This document shows positions 24,593 to 38,992 of a stretch of 64,000 bases of DNA, in pieces. The DNA is from Eledone cirrhosa. Lineage: Eukaryota. The DNA lies in NCBI GenBank assembly GCA_964016885.1, contig OZ024755.1, positions 30,814,001 through 30,878,000 on the forward strand, read 5' to 3'. A program made the position numbers and the translations under genes. The notes under the pieces were generated by a model. It ran no database searches. It was not told the DNA's origin and was given only the letters and a program-made list of their open reading frames with translations. The stretch's first letter is position 1. Each line of letters starts with the position of its first letter.

Positions 24593-25734
24593 TTATATAT
24601 ATATATATATGTGTGTGAGTGTGCGCGTGTGTTGGTGTACGTCATAAAATGTCTGCCAGCGTGATATAAGGGAGATTTGATGTGAGCGACCGTATAAAAA
24701 GGGACACTGTCGTTGAGATTTATGGTGTTATAGTTGCACATGTCGCTATATTTGTTGTTGTTGTGATTGATACTATAGTTGGTTTATTTCATTTCTAAAC
24801 TATGTTGGTATTAACAACGAAACACCCATGACTCGTTTAGGCAGCTGGTTCACATTGTACTATCCCTGCCCTATTTTTTCAACGTTTTTCCTACTATTTT
24901 GAAGAAAAACATGAGATTTATTTAAAAATCAAGACACTTGATATGTGTGAATATATATTGGGCGTTTAGTATTGAACATGGTTTAGAGAATGTAGTAGAT
25001 TTTTATCTAAAAAATCATTTAATATTCTTCTATTTTCAATTGATAGTTCTGGAGGACTCTGTGTTTAAATTGTTACAGATACACACGTTTGGGAAAAACA
25101 TGAGCGGGGAGCGAGTCCCGAGGAAAGGTAACTGATGTTCTGGGCAGTGGTAGCTTCTGCGGAGTCTTAGGAAGATATGTAATGAAGGGATGGGACACGA
25201 ATGAGCCGGGAGTGCCTTAATTGAAGTGGCATAATACCAGCTAACTCTGAATAGAGGCAATTGTATGAACGGTAGAAGAGACAGTAGGAAAAGATTGTAC
25301 ATCAGTAGGAAAAATGCTGAGGAGTGTCGGAGTACGACTTTAGGCCGATTAGCTAAGTAACATTGTTTTTTGATGAGACACCAATGTAAGCAACAGCATC
25401 ACCGCTCTAGATATGGAAGTATCAGTCCAATGTGGCTATCATCAGCGCTTTTAGAGGGTCTTCAGAAATATTTGTTTGCGTCACGACAAAAGATACCCTT
25501 TCCACCCGGTAAGTTGGTTGTGCGAAAAGCACGCAATCTACTTTATAAAGTGGTAGTGGTTGTATCATGATAAAAGGCTCCTAGTGCACACTGTAAGTTG
25601 GTTGTCGCTGGGAAGGGCGGGCACCCAGCCGTAGAAAATCGAGTGAAATACAATACATGGCTAACCTCATAACATGGCAACCCATTTAACCATCGCAAGC
25701 TTGGAAAATAGACGTTAAACGGTGATGGGAATGA

Positions 25735-26043
25735 TAATTGTTTCTACTTTTGGCACAAGGCCAGCAATTACCCAGTGCATTACTGGTACTTTATTTTATC
25801 GACCCCGCAAGGATGAAAGGCAAAGTTAACCTCGGCGGGATTATGGGAATGATAATTGTTTCTACTTTAGGCACAAGGCCAGCAATTACCCAGTGCATTA
25901 CTGGTACTTTATTTTATCGACCCCGTAAGGATGAAAGGCAAAGTTAACCTCGGCGGGATTTGAACTCAGAATGGCAAGGGCCGTAACTATATACGTCAAA
26001 GCATGGCGTCCGACCCTCTACCAACACTGCCAATCCACCGCCC
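25735..26043 (-). mobile_element. SINE family A: partial copy plus full copy, target sequence present three times
   Basis: atgggaatgataat at ~25725, ~25843 and ~26046. Confidence 0.85.
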
Positions 26044-26106
26044 TTATGGGAATGATAATGATCATATAATAGATTTTGATTTCAAATCTTATATCCATAA
26101 TAAAAA

Positions 26107-26180
26107 TATTTCATCTGATGAGCGTACTGGACGTTTCTGTATGGATCGTCTAGTTTCCTGAAACCTTTGGTAATAGAATA
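26107..26180 (+). ncRNA. Type I hammerhead ribozyme (F3-related), followed by a GCTC..GAGC tail
   Basis: tatttcat-CTGATGA-..actggacg..cgtctagt..-GAAA-cc(ttt)gg-TA-atagaata. Confidence 0.65.
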
Positions 26181-26317
26181 ATTATATTGTGTTGTTTATT
26201 GTGTAATTAAATAGCTCTGTATTATACATAGAGCACTCATCTTTCCTTACACACTTATATATATATATGTATATACATATGTATATACATATATATATAT
26301 ATATTTTTTTTTTTTTT

Positions 26318-26373
26318 AGTCCAGAATTAGCCGTCGAAACGGCTTGAGCTCAGCCGTCGGGGTCCTACTCGTT

Positions 26374-26375
<2 letters not shown>
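26318..26375 (+). mobile_element. Family FA arm without tail
   Basis: agtccagaattagccgtcgaaacgg...ctcgttcc, then directly (TA)n. Confidence 0.8.
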
Positions 26376-26443
<68 letters not shown>

Positions 26444-26550
26444 GACAGGGGGGAAGAAAAAATGGCTTCACTTGTGCTTTCAACAAATTTATTTTCTTCA
26501 CAAAATCCAAAAAGAATTTTTTTCCGGATTAGAAAAATTTTTTTTTTTTT

Positions 26551-26648
26551 GGTTGACTTTGCCTTTCATCCTTACGGGGTCGATAAAATAAAGTACCAGT
26601 AATGAACTGGGTAATTGCTGGCCTTGTGCCTAAAGTAGAAACAATTAT
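26551..26648 (+). mobile_element. SINE family A 3' fragment
   Basis: Consensus match. Confidence 0.8.
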
Positions 26649-26734
26649 TTATACTCCAGTCCTATAAACTGTTGAGTGCTACTTATCCGATATTTGCATT
26701 GCTTTATTGTGCTACAATAAAACTCACCTCCTAC

Positions 26735-26799
<65 letters not shown>

Positions 26800-26802
<3 letters not shown>

Positions 26803-27148
26803 AAAGTTTTATTTAAAATTGTTGGGTTACAACGAGTAAATATTTTATAACTGATATAAAAGCACTCAACAAGTTTTGGAGTATTTTACGATATTAAACA
26901 AATGGAAACTACATTTATAAAACCATATTTATTTCATTATATTTATTTCAGGGATATCATATTACCATAACAACTTTTTTAAATGGAAGTTGTAAAGTTT
27001 TAAGGTATGTCAAATTTATTTATAAAATTGTTTATATATTGTATTTTGTCTGAAAAGGGCATACCATATTTTTAATATGATATCCCTGAAATATATATAA
27101 TGAAATAAATATGGTTTTATAAATGTAGTTTCCATTTGTTTAATATCG

Positions 27149-27150
<2 letters not shown>
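26800..27150 (-). mobile_element. Family F1-related fold-back module with a core-mutated hammerhead (27043-27107, plus strand)
   Basis: Arms 26887-26963 and 27074-27150; ctgaaaa-ggg..ccct-gaaa-tatata-ta-atgaaat. Confidence 0.7.
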
Positions 27151-27182
<32 letters not shown>

Positions 27183-27347
27183 TATATATATAAACTATCA
27201 AAGTTCTTTCGTCACACATCTGCAACATCATCAGTGGTACTATTATGTTTCCTCCTATTGTATTGTAATGTCTACGCCATTTTTTGTTTATTCATTTATT
27301 TATTTATTCTTGTCTCTGTCTCTGTGATATATATATATATATGTATG

Positions 27348-27411
<64 letters not shown>

Positions 27412-27469
27412 TGTATGTATATATATCTATATATATATATATATACATATATGTATGTATATATATCTA

Positions 27470-27502
<33 letters not shown>

Positions 27503-27741
27503 CCATTTATATATCCATATATATATATACATATATATATACTTATATATATATACATATATATATGTACATATATATACATATATATATACAATATACA
27601 TATATATATAAATATATATATATATACATATATACACTATATATATATACATATATATATATACATATATATATATACATATATACACATATATATATAT
27701 ACATATATACATATATATATATATACATATACATATACATA

Positions 27742-27778
<37 letters not shown>

Positions 27779-27970
27779 TAGAAAGTGAGGTTTTTTTACA
27801 AAATGAAAAATAACCAAAAATAACCACGAGTGAAAGTATAGGGGAAAAAGGAACCAAATAAATATATATTTTTTAAAAAAAGACTCCAGTAGCATTTTCG
27901 ATTTCATCTTTTTTCCCTATATATATATATATATGTGTGTATATATATATATTTATATATATATATATGT

Positions 27971-28045
<75 letters not shown>

Positions 28046-28225
28046 TATAGATATATGTATATATATATATGTATATATATATGTGCGTGTGTGTATGTAT
28101 GAGCATTTGAGTAACTGAGCTCTTAATATGCTATTGTATATATTTCTAATGTTCTTAATGCAGATTTAACAATACGCAGTGAAATGGGTGATGGAACACC
28201 ATTCGAGGAATATGTATATATATAT

Positions 28226-28287
<62 letters not shown>

Positions 28288-28384
28288 GGGGGGGGTGTAA
28301 TTAATAATGATTTAAGATTAAGTCAGTAATATACATTACATCTACATGAATAATATCTTAGAACATAACTCAGAGAAGCTTATA

Positions 28385-28912
28385 TATACAAATATAGAAC
28401 CATCTCGAATTGACTAAACCAGGCTCAGAATTGACTAAAGGAAGATCACTGTAAAGCACTCTAAAATAAAGAACCTCGCTAACACATCCCAAGAGGCTAA
28501 AAATTCTTATAACGAATTCTTTATATCCTCTATCCGCAGCTTAAGAAATTACAATAAAAAAATAAACCATCGCAATTAATAGAGATGGTTAATTACCGCC
28601 AGAAATTACTTGATCATCAGAGAGGAAATTTCTGATCCTAAAATTAAGAGAGAGAAGATATATTCACCTGTTGTTGGCCTTCTGTTCTAGAAATAACCCA
28701 ACATGGCGCACAAGTAAACACGCATGCGTAGAGCGTAGAATTGACAACAAGGCAAACTTTGTACAAAATAGTTAGAGGATATAAAAAGTTCGTTATATGA
28801 ATTTTCTGCCTCTAGGGATGCGCTAGTGAAGTTCATTATTTGAGAGAGTACTTTACTGTGTCTTCCCTTCATTCAATTCTGAGCCTTAATCGAAATCGTT
28901 CTATATTTGTAT
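28385..28912. mobile_element. Old, diverged fold-back module (~145-bp arms, ~240-bp spacer)
   Basis: 28385-28532 is an imperfect reverse complement of 28772-28912; a minus-strand cctct-ctgatga lies in the spacer. Confidence 0.6.
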
Positions 28913-28984
28913 TTATTTATATTTATATATATATATATATATAAAATTGTATCTATCTATCTGTCTATCTATCTATCTATATAG

Positions 28985-29700
28985 ACCAGTTCGAGACAAA
29001 CTCTACAGACATGGGCACCCGGGCAGGGACCCTGCAAAAAAGATCTGTCCGAGGTGCGTGCGAGACGAAGAAACCGTCGCGCACGCATTCATACACTGCC
29101 CGGGCGTCACTGACCTGTGGGGCTATGTAGAACGACTATTGTCGCGGGTGGGACCCTTCCAGTTGACCACCAAGTCCATTGTCATGATCAAACCGCCACC
29201 CTCCTTCAAAAACGAAGGAGAGGCGGTTTTCCTTTGTGTGATAGCTATGGCGAAAGAGTTTGTATGGTGGACAAGGTTGAAAGGGCTGAGGTCAGACACC
29301 TTTCTCTCCGGCCAACAACTGATTCTTTTTTTCAAATACCACTTTGGAAGAAGAATCAGGATGGAGAGAGAGGTGCTGTAGCCCAGCAAGTTTTATGAAA
29401 GGTGGGTGAAAGTGGCGAGAATGGCCCGAGTGAATGGGCCTTCTCTCTATATCAGCCTGTAGGTTGAGGAAAAGGAGGAGGAGAGGGAAGGAGTACAAAC
29501 TCTTCGTACTCCTGGAGATGAGGGTTGCACATTTTTTCGGGGGTATGTGTTACCCATATAAACTGTCTCCCCCTATAGGGGAAAATCGACTAATTTTTGA
29601 AATTGCATTTGTGATAACATTTTACACGTTTTTATTGTATGTAAACTTCCTCCTTTGTATTTGTCCCTTTCTGTTGTGCCCCTGTGGCTAATAAAGAAAC
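28985..29700 (+). mobile_element. Tx1/L1-clade LINE 3' fragment (ORF2 zinc knuckle plus 3' UTR)
   Basis: PVRDKLYRHG...CPRC...ETVAHAFIHCP...LW (zf-RVT CCHC); ends with aataaag. Confidence 0.8.
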
Positions 29701-29716
29701 ATATCTATATAGATAG

Positions 29717-30537
29717 ACCGAAAATGGGCGCCTGGCATCTCGAGTGCCTTCAGGCGCTCACTGCCCTCTACTAAGCGGAAACAGCAATCAGCGGAGACTC
29801 CACTTCAACATTCTATAGGGAATTGGTGGAGGATAAGTGTGACGACGTTCTCGAGGAAACTCTAGGCATCGAGGAAGACGAACTGACCAGTCTGTTCGGG
29901 AGGACTTTCCGTTCAGGAAAGAGTTCTTTTCTGGAAACCAGATGTATGCAGACGAGTTAGGAGACCAAATATCGCCATGAAGGATGTTCTTACAGATGAC
30001 ATCGGGTTGGAGACAGGGGACCTTCTGGCAGCAACGATGGAGTGGGTGAGCTGGAGGAAGAACTTCGTCAAGGCACCGGTAACGGATGTGAAGAAGAAGA
30101 TGGTCTAATCGAACCTATATATGAAGTCTGATAGTATACAGTTATATAACTGCTATAGATCAGACAACATGTCAATATGATCAACGCTCTGAAACGACCG
30201 TAAGACAATGATATGAATAGGTAAAATAACTTGACTTTGTTGTTTTTATTTTCATTGTTAAATTAATACCTAATATCTGACTCCGTAGACCTCTGGAAGT
30301 TATCCATAGGCCTCTGGCCTAGCAGTGCTACCGAGGAGCTCTACCAGTTCGAGACAAAATCTACAGGCACGGACGCCCTGGCAGAGATCTTGCTAAAAGG
30401 ACCTGTCCAAGATGCGAGCAGGATATCGAAACCGTTCTACACACAATTGTTCAGTGCCCAGGGGTGACCGACCTGTGGAATTATGTCGAACAGCTACTGT
30501 CACGTGTAGGACGCATCCAGTTGTCAGCCGAGTCGTA
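29717..30537 (+). mobile_element. Second Tx1/L1 fragment, interrupted by a ~368-bp insertion at 29920-30287
   Basis: The reading ...LFGRTFRSG | PLEVIHRPLA*QCYRGALPVRDKI...CPRC...ETVLHTIVQCP resumes across the insertion. Confidence 0.75.
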
Positions 30538-30651
30538 GGGGCGCCCTATTGACATACGGCGTTTCTTGGGCAGTTCAAGCCTGGCGGAGCTCATCTCACG
30601 CCAGGCCTGAGTACAGCAGATTTCTTCCAGAGAAAGATAGAAAGTGAGAGA

Positions 30652-30808
30652 ATTGACCCCAGTATTAGACTGGTACTTTTTTATCGACCTTGAAAGGATG
30701 AAAAGCAAAGTAGACCTCAGCGGGATTTGAACTCAGAGAGCAGAGATCCGGAACGACTACCATAATGCATTCTATCCGACATTCTAACGACACAGACAAT
30801 TCGGCGCT
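30652..30808 (-). mobile_element. SINE family A, diverged
   Basis: Reverse consensus match. Confidence 0.7.
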
Positions 30809-30917
30809 AGTGAGTATACATCCGTGTACAAATAGGAGAAAGGAAAAATATTTTTTTCAGTAGAAAATGTTGAAGAGATTCTTTCAGAGAAAAATCAAAA
30901 CATTAATTTATTTACAA

Positions 30918-31041
30918 TACGATCTGAGTTCAATTCCCGCCGAGGTTAACTTTGCCTTTCATCCTTACGGGGTCGATAAAATAAAGTACCAGTAATACAC
31001 TGGGTAATTGATGGCCTTGTGCCTAACGTAGAAACAATTAA
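30918..31041 (+). mobile_element. SINE family A, 5'-truncated
   Basis: Consensus match. Confidence 0.85.
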
Positions 31042-31048
31042 TTTACTT

Positions 31049-31086
31049 ACAATACCGGTTTCAGCATTATATGCATTGTCAATTGC
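31049..31086 (-). ncRNA. Minimal hammerhead with U3-A8 core variant
   Basis: gcaa-TTGACAA-t-gcat(ata)atgc-t-GAAA-ccgg-TA-ttgt. Confidence 0.55.
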
Positions 31087-31185
31087 GGATATGCAGAATA
31101 TTGTTAAGTTACATATTTGTACTAATAGTGATAATAATAATAAAAAGGAGAAGAAAAATTAATTTTCACATACATGTTCATTCAT

Positions 31186-31370
31186 CCTGGGTTCAATCGG
31201 GGGTAACCACAGTAAGGTATTCAATACATAGCAGAGTATAAATATTTAATATAGAAACGGCTTCTACAGGACTAGAACTGTTTCATTCGGGAGAAATCAT
31301 CAGGCTTCCTGATGATTTCTCCCGAATGAAACAGTTCTAGTCCTGTAGAAGCCATTTCTATATTAAATAT
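31186..31370 (-). mobile_element. Family F2 fold-back module with tail
   Basis: Arms ~31243-31304 and 31308-31370; homologous to 21676-21891. Confidence 0.8.
31303..31353 (+). ncRNA. Type I hammerhead ribozyme
   Basis: ggcttc-CTGATGA-t-ttc(tccc)gaa-t-GAAA-cag(ttctagtc)ctg-TA-gaagcc. Confidence 0.85.
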
Positions 31371-31373
31371 ATA

Positions 31374-31451
<78 letters not shown>

Positions 31452-31807
31452 TTTTGACAGCGGTAAGAAATTATTTTCTTATATCAATGTTTAATTGGGC
31501 TTCCACTGACGATTTATAAGTGCCCACCTAAATATATTCTTACATGAATATATATTAGGCTTCTACATAAACTGGAAACATTCTCCCTAACTTGTAGAAA
31601 ACTTATAATGAAACAATTGTTTGGAAAGAGAGATATACTTTAACTTTAATTATATCTCATAAAATAATACAACTGGTTTTTCCACATTATACATATTGTT
31701 AGCACCCCAAACACTTAAATTGGGTTTATATTAAAATATAACCTAATGTTTGTTGAGTGAGATGGTTACCAGTCAGAGTTTAGCTTTAAACTATCTCTGT
31801 TATTGTA

Positions 31808-31855
<48 letters not shown>

Positions 31856-31873
31856 GAAAAAGATGAAAATATT

Positions 31874-32592
<719 letters not shown>

Positions 32593-32725
32593 TCTATATA
32601 TATATATATATAATGTAAATCTGATAATATTCGATTCGTTTGCAATTATGCAAACAGCCTCTTAAGCCATGTGAGTAGAACAACCTCGTCATTCTTGCTC
32701 ATGTGTTGGCATTTAAACAGAACGG

Positions 32726-32767
32726 CAGTCACTGAAGTTTCTGGGTGATTACCCTTCATCAGTACCG
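32726..32767 (-). ncRNA. Degenerate minimal hammerhead-like motif
   Basis: CTGATGA-a-gggt(aatc)accc-a-GAAA-ct-TC; the helix I register is imperfect. Confidence 0.35.
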
Positions 32768-33139
32768 TAGACTGTTTACCTACCCACCTTTCATACCTAG
32801 TGAAAATATATAACTATTTGTTAGTTATTTTTTTTTTTTCAGTGTCTACCCTTGGTGTTAGGGTCCGTACCGTAGATAAAACTCAATGTAATCTGATGGC
32901 GAGTAATCCAGTGAAATCCATAGAAATGTTCTGTGTTCCGCTGAGTTAATCCCTTAGATACGGAGTCAGATATTAGGTATTAATTTAACAATGAAAATAA
33001 AAACAACAAAGTCAAGTTATTTTACCTATTCATATCATTGTCTTACGGTCGTTTCAGACGGTTGATCATATTGACATATTGTCTGATCTATAGCAGTTAT
33101 ATAACTGTATACTATCAGACTTCATATATAGGTTCGATT

Positions 33140-33410
33140 AGACCATCTTCTTCTTCACATCCGTTACCGGTGCCTTGACGAAGTTCTTCCTCCAGCTCAC
33201 CCACTCCATCGTTGCTGCCAGAAGGTCCCCTGTCTCCAACCCGATGTCATCTTTAAGAACATCCTTCATGACGATGTTTGGTCTCCTAACTCGTCTGCAT
33301 ACATCTGGTTTCCAGAAAAGAACTCTGCTAACAGTTTCATTGTGAGGTGTTACATGTCCGGCTAATGCAAGTCTCCATCTCCTAATAAGTGTTTCTACTC
33401 TAGGCAGAAG
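33140..33410 (-). mobile_element. RTE-like LINE 3' fragment; donor of the inverted copy at 29920-30287
   Basis: Minus strand RRWRLALAGHV..H.E..SRVLFWKP...R..RP...KDVL..D.G, with a (gaa)n tail. Confidence 0.7.
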
Positions 33411-35077
33411 GCCAGCATTATCTCGGCTGATGGTGCAATGGCATTACACAATGCATAGGCACAAGGCCAGCATTATCTCGGCTGATGGTGCAATGGCATT
33501 ACACAATGCATAATCAAGGCATATCACAAAAAGGAAAGGGGTCAGAGCATCTCCTTGAAAGACTGCGGTTTCATTACAAGTGTTGAAGCATTCCCATGTA
33601 TGACTTTAATTGCGTTCACAATCTGATGAGGTATCCCATACGTAGGAAGAATTTTGAGCATGCAATTGTGGTTTGTGTAAAAGTTAGAAATTATCATATA
33701 ATCATCATGGTAAATTCTACATGTCAGTTATAGTATATGTTTGCTTTGCTTTTAATAATACTTATTATTACAGAGATATTGAATTAAAATTCACACGAGT
33801 TCATGTGAGCAGTTATGTTGTGTCACATATAAATTATATAAAGTCAAACCGACATTTTGTATTGATATACTTATCAAGTAAATTAACGGGGTTCCTTTTT
33901 TTCATATTTTGGAGAGTATCATATTTACGAATTCATATGACTTCATATGTGTTTAGAAGTTTAAACAGGGCGTAAACAATGTTTATCAAAGGAGACTGTA
34001 TTTGAAACTGACTGTACAAATAACTAAATTAATTACTAGTGGGTTATATTTTTTAAATTATTTTATAAATTTTTTTTTTGGGGGGGGGGGAGGTTGCCTT
34101 GCTTTTGTTTTTGTTACGTTATGATTGTTAATACATCGTCAGCTATTGTCTGCTAAATATTATAAAATATCAACTTGCTGTATTCTTTCGATTAGTTCCT
34201 TCCTGTTGTTCTTCATATCTTAATGGCAGTTTAATAAAATGTTCCAAAATAGTTAATTTTTGTTTTGTTTTGCTCTGTTTTGCTATAATTTCTTTGTTTG
34301 ATTTCCGTCCATGTTGTGGTATCATATTTAGTGGTTGTACTGGTTACAGTTTTCATTGACAGTCAACACTCTATTTCTAGTGTGGGTTCCTGCACTCAGA
34401 ATAAAGTTACACTTAGTGAAGCTTTATGAAGACTGAAAATTACTGAGAAACAAATTCTGGCTTTCTAGAACAGGAAATTCCCAAAAGAGATTTAAATGGG
34501 TAAACTTGGCAGTAAAGCAAAGTTGAAACTCAATTCCTTCAATTATATCTCTTCTGGGTTCACTGATACTCAGCTCAAATTGTTAACTTGTGTGTATTTG
34601 ATTTGCCTGGATATAAAGCTATTTTGTAATGAAAATAGAATGTATTGGATATAACCAAGCCTGCTACATAGCCGCAACAGTTGCTAGAGTTGTCATTGTA
34701 CCAACTAGGGAGCCTTTATGTAACGATTTGACTTGCTAGAAATAGTAATCAAAACTCCTTATAATTACACACTACCATTTAAGAAACGAATACATTGAAT
34801 AATATTGTTCTGGGAGAACTATGCATGAACACATAGTCTTTTCATCTGAATTTTCTTAATATATTCTCAAATCTGCGTACTTATCTTTCATAGACACCTG
34901 CTCGAAACAATTTTATCATTGTCAATTCTCTGGGACAGCTTCTCTCTTCAAGTTTCTTCCTAGATAGATATTCCTAATCCCAACCATTAAAAAGACAACG
35001 AAATTATTTAAATTGGATATTAAATGCCCTAACCATATGTTTCAGTTTGTGAGGCCATAAAATAATCATGATTACAG

Positions 35078-35273
35078 CAGACCTGTCAACTCTCCCCGTC
35101 GGACGGGGAGATCTCCCGTCCACTTTGGGGTGCGTGAGAGATGTCTTCTCTTGTGAAAATGGGTATAGCTTTCATTATGTAAAATCTCCCCACTTTGCCT
35201 CATTTCTCCCCGCTTTGGGGCATTTTCTTTTCAAGGTACTCCTTGTTTGGGTTTTCAGAGGTTGGTAGGTATG
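35078..35273. mobile_element. Putative hAT-type MITE
   Basis: Imperfect TIRs cagacctgtcaac / gttggtaggtatg; internal ctccc repeats; no clear TSD. Confidence 0.45.
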
Positions 35274-35939
35274 TTAGTGATTTTCTCGGGCACTTTATCG
35301 GAATCAAGCTTTATTCTATGAACATTTTAGAACTGCAGAAATCTATAAGATAGGTGCCAGTGTTTGATATTCTCTAAGCCTGAGAAGCATTTGTAATGGT
35401 TATTTTAAACATTTTATAAATGCTTTAAGTCTTTCAACTATCATTTAACATGTAAGCAAATGTAAACAAATTTGACACAATATGTAAACTTACTACACAA
35501 AACGAAATTTAGAACTACACAAGGAAGGGTCAACTGCACGTTCTAATAATTACTAATCGAAATAACTTAAATGAAACATGTTACTCTAGACGTATCCTGT
35601 TACAGAACCAGGAGCTAGCGCTTGTGAGCTGTTATCGGATTACTCTCTGTTGCAATCATTCTTACAAGATTTCAGGGTAAACATGATAAATGAGTAGTGG
35701 TTTCTTGTTTCTTTTCTCTCACCTGTGGGCAGGTATGTAGCTTAACGGTGAGGGTGTTCTGTTCATGAATTCTCTTCTCGGTGATGCGTTGTGTTCTTGA
35801 GCAATACATATAACTCCACGTTGCTTCAGTTCATTCCGCTAGGTTTCGCCGGATTCCTGTGAGATTGCATTTCATAGGAAATTTCTCAGGTGTTTTAATT
35901 AGATTGACCCCAGTTCTGTCTTGTCACCATATTTCTAGT

Positions 35940-36081
35940 GAAGAAGAAGAAGAAGAAGAAGAAGAAGAAGAAGAAGAAGAAGAAGAAGAAGAAGAAGAAA
36001 GCAAATTGAAAATTACGAAGACCAAGGAAAACTCGGTGATTCTTCACATAGAATGTTGTAATTAAGGAATTATACAATTAA

Positions 36082-36082
<1 letters not shown>
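35940..36082 (+). repeat. (GAA)n-led ~85-bp module, second copy at 44992-45155
   Basis: (gaa)n-agcaaattgaaaattacgaaga.caaggaaaactcggtga...ggaattatacaatta-(TA) at both loci. Confidence 0.8.
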
Positions 36083-36168
<86 letters not shown>

Positions 36169-37267
36169 GAAGAAGAAGAAGAAGAAGAAGAAGGTCAAAG
36201 TTGCACAAAAAGCCGAAACAAATACCCGAAGCTCTAACACCTTTCTACTCGCAATTATCTAATGGTTATTGTTTGTTTAAACCCCCACCAGCTGGAGTTA
36301 AGAACCAGATAGAGTGTCGCAACCTCCCTCAGAGAAGGATTACAATGTACGCATTACTCTTAAGTACCTAATGTAATCCAGTCGGCCGTGACTGGATTAT
36401 CAATATTTCAAAACGTGACTGGACTTGTTCACATTATTCTTTTATATAAATTCCCCTTGTTTAATATGTTTTCCAGGCGTTCCCAGCTTTTTACTGAAAT
36501 ATGTAATACTAGAAACTTGCTTTTATATCTCTTCAAACAACACTTTAATTTTTGTTCATTTTTTTTTTTCATTTGCTCTTAGTTTTCTCATTTTTTTTTT
36601 TTTTGCTCTTAGTTTTCACTGATAATTTATGTACTGATTAAAATTGTGCATAAACACATTTTTCTGAGCCATTAAACAAATAATTCTAGAACTAATAAAC
36701 AAATGTCTCTATAACAATGAGGTGGGACAGATTGGTTAAAAGAACGACGTCGGCACTTTTAAAGAATACATATATAAGCATGGGCTAACATATTGAAGGT
36801 ATTGAGCTGAAAAAAATATTTAATCAATATAAATTACACTTGTAATGAAAAGAAATTTTTGGAGTAGATGGTAATTAATTTCAAGAAATGCAAATAAGAC
36901 AACACCGAAATTCGAATTCATAAAAATTAATTGAAAATGAAAGAGATTCGGTGGAAAATGAGTCACAACTTTGGTAAGAACGGCGACAACTCCCATCATG
37001 TTTTGGTCTTACTAGACGTCTTTAAGAAAGTGTAGTCTAACTCGAACTTACCAACAACTTATACTGGTATGAAGGATATTATTTGCAAAGAAAAGTGTCT
37101 ACTGTTTAAACGATTTAAAACAATGACATGGGGAAATTTCTAACAGATACTCTTAATGAATATATCCAAGTAGAAGATAGCAATTTAATGGCCAAAAGAA
37201 TATATTTTATCAAATTATTATTTGAAATAGACTTGTTTATGATTTTTATTTTTAATAAATTAATTTT

Positions 37268-37625
37268 AGCCTTGTGCCTAAATCAGAAACAATTATTAAT
37301 AAATTATTTACGTTCTGAGTTCAAATCCCGCCGAGGTTAGCTTTGCCTTTCATCCTTACGGGGTAGATAAAATAAAGTACCAGTCACGCACTGGGGTCGA
37401 TTTAATCGACTGTCCCCTCCCCCAAAATTGCTGGACTTGTGCCTATATAAGAAACCATTATTAATAAATTATTTTTGGCCTTGTGCCTAAATCAGAAACA
37501 ATTATTAATACATTATTTACAACGGTAGATAAGTAGTATCGGTAGAGCGTCGGACACCCTGCTTCGCGGCAGCGAGTTACGGTCCTTTACGTTCTGAATT
37601 CAAATCACGCTGAGGTTAGTTTTGA
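37268..37625 (+). mobile_element. Cluster of SINE family A pieces
   Basis: Tail fragments at 37268 and 37476, body at 37308-37462, head at ~37525-37625. Confidence 0.75.
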
Positions 37626-37778
37626 CAAATACGGTATTGTTATTAATAATTATTGTTATTAATAATTTATCATTAAAAATATATATATATTGCCACGAAA
37701 GAAGCCATTAAAAAAATCGTGGAAGATATTTACGATTCCGCGAATATGCGGTGGTTTCTACGAACAATTATTAGTTAC

Positions 37779-37942
37779 TGTATTTCCCGGCATCGAAGAG
37801 GCTACTTTTTTTCATAAAATAAGTCTCAAAAATCTACCATGTGTCCTGGAGGCCGAAGGTCTTTTTTTTTTTTTTTTTTTTTTTTTGTCAAAATTAAAGT
37901 GCGTCCTATAGGACGGAGTGTCTTCGGCACTGGAAATGCGGT
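37779..37942. mobile_element. Tc1/mariner (pogo/Fot1-like) MITE
   Basis: ta-ctgtatttcccggc...cactggaaatgcgg-ta degenerate TIRs. Confidence 0.5.
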
Positions 37943-38346
37943 ATTTGCTTCCCTGTGTTGAGTGTTTTTCAATTAAAATTGACATATTTTACTATTATTT
38001 CTTTATTCTATTCATTTATTACATCCACGATTTCAGTTTTACTACATTCTGACATCAACCGAAGTAAAGTTGTATCATTCTCTCCCGCCTTCTAGTCTAC
38101 TAACCTATTTTTTGTGTGAGGTAAATATACGATACTGTTATTGTATATCAAATTTTACAGCTTAAACCCACGCTCACACACACACATACATATATGTATG
38201 TGTGTGCGTATATGTACATATATGTATATATATATATGTGTATGTATATATATATGTATACGTATATACATGTATACATATATACATATATAATACACAT
38301 ATATATGTGTATATGTATGTATATATATATATATATATATATATAG

Positions 38347-38405
<59 letters not shown>

Positions 38406-38497
38406 GTTATTCTGTGGGAACGTCATACGTCATTCTACCAATACAAAACAGTCTCACCATGACCAGCCTACTGTATAATAATATCTGTATGTATATA

Positions 38498-38550
<53 letters not shown>

Positions 38551-38595
38551 GATATATATACAGATATATATATACAGATATATATATACATATAA

Positions 38596-38635
<40 letters not shown>

Positions 38636-38662
38636 TATATACAGGTATATATATACATATAA

Positions 38663-38715
<53 letters not shown>

Positions 38716-38719
<4 letters not shown>

Positions 38720-38992
38720 AAAAAGGAAAAGAATGACTTCACTTGTAGTGTTAAAAAATTTGATTTAATTTTATAATTTTATAATATTATAATATTATGA
38801 GTTGGTAGATCTCATATTGAAAAAGAAGAATAGTTGATGACACCCGTACTTTCAAACATTCGATCACTAGATCTACCAACTCATAATATTATAATATTAT
38901 AAAATTAAATAAAATTTTTTAACACTACAAGTGAAGTCATTCTTTTCCTTTTTTTCAAATATACCTAACTGTACCAAGGATCTCACACATTT

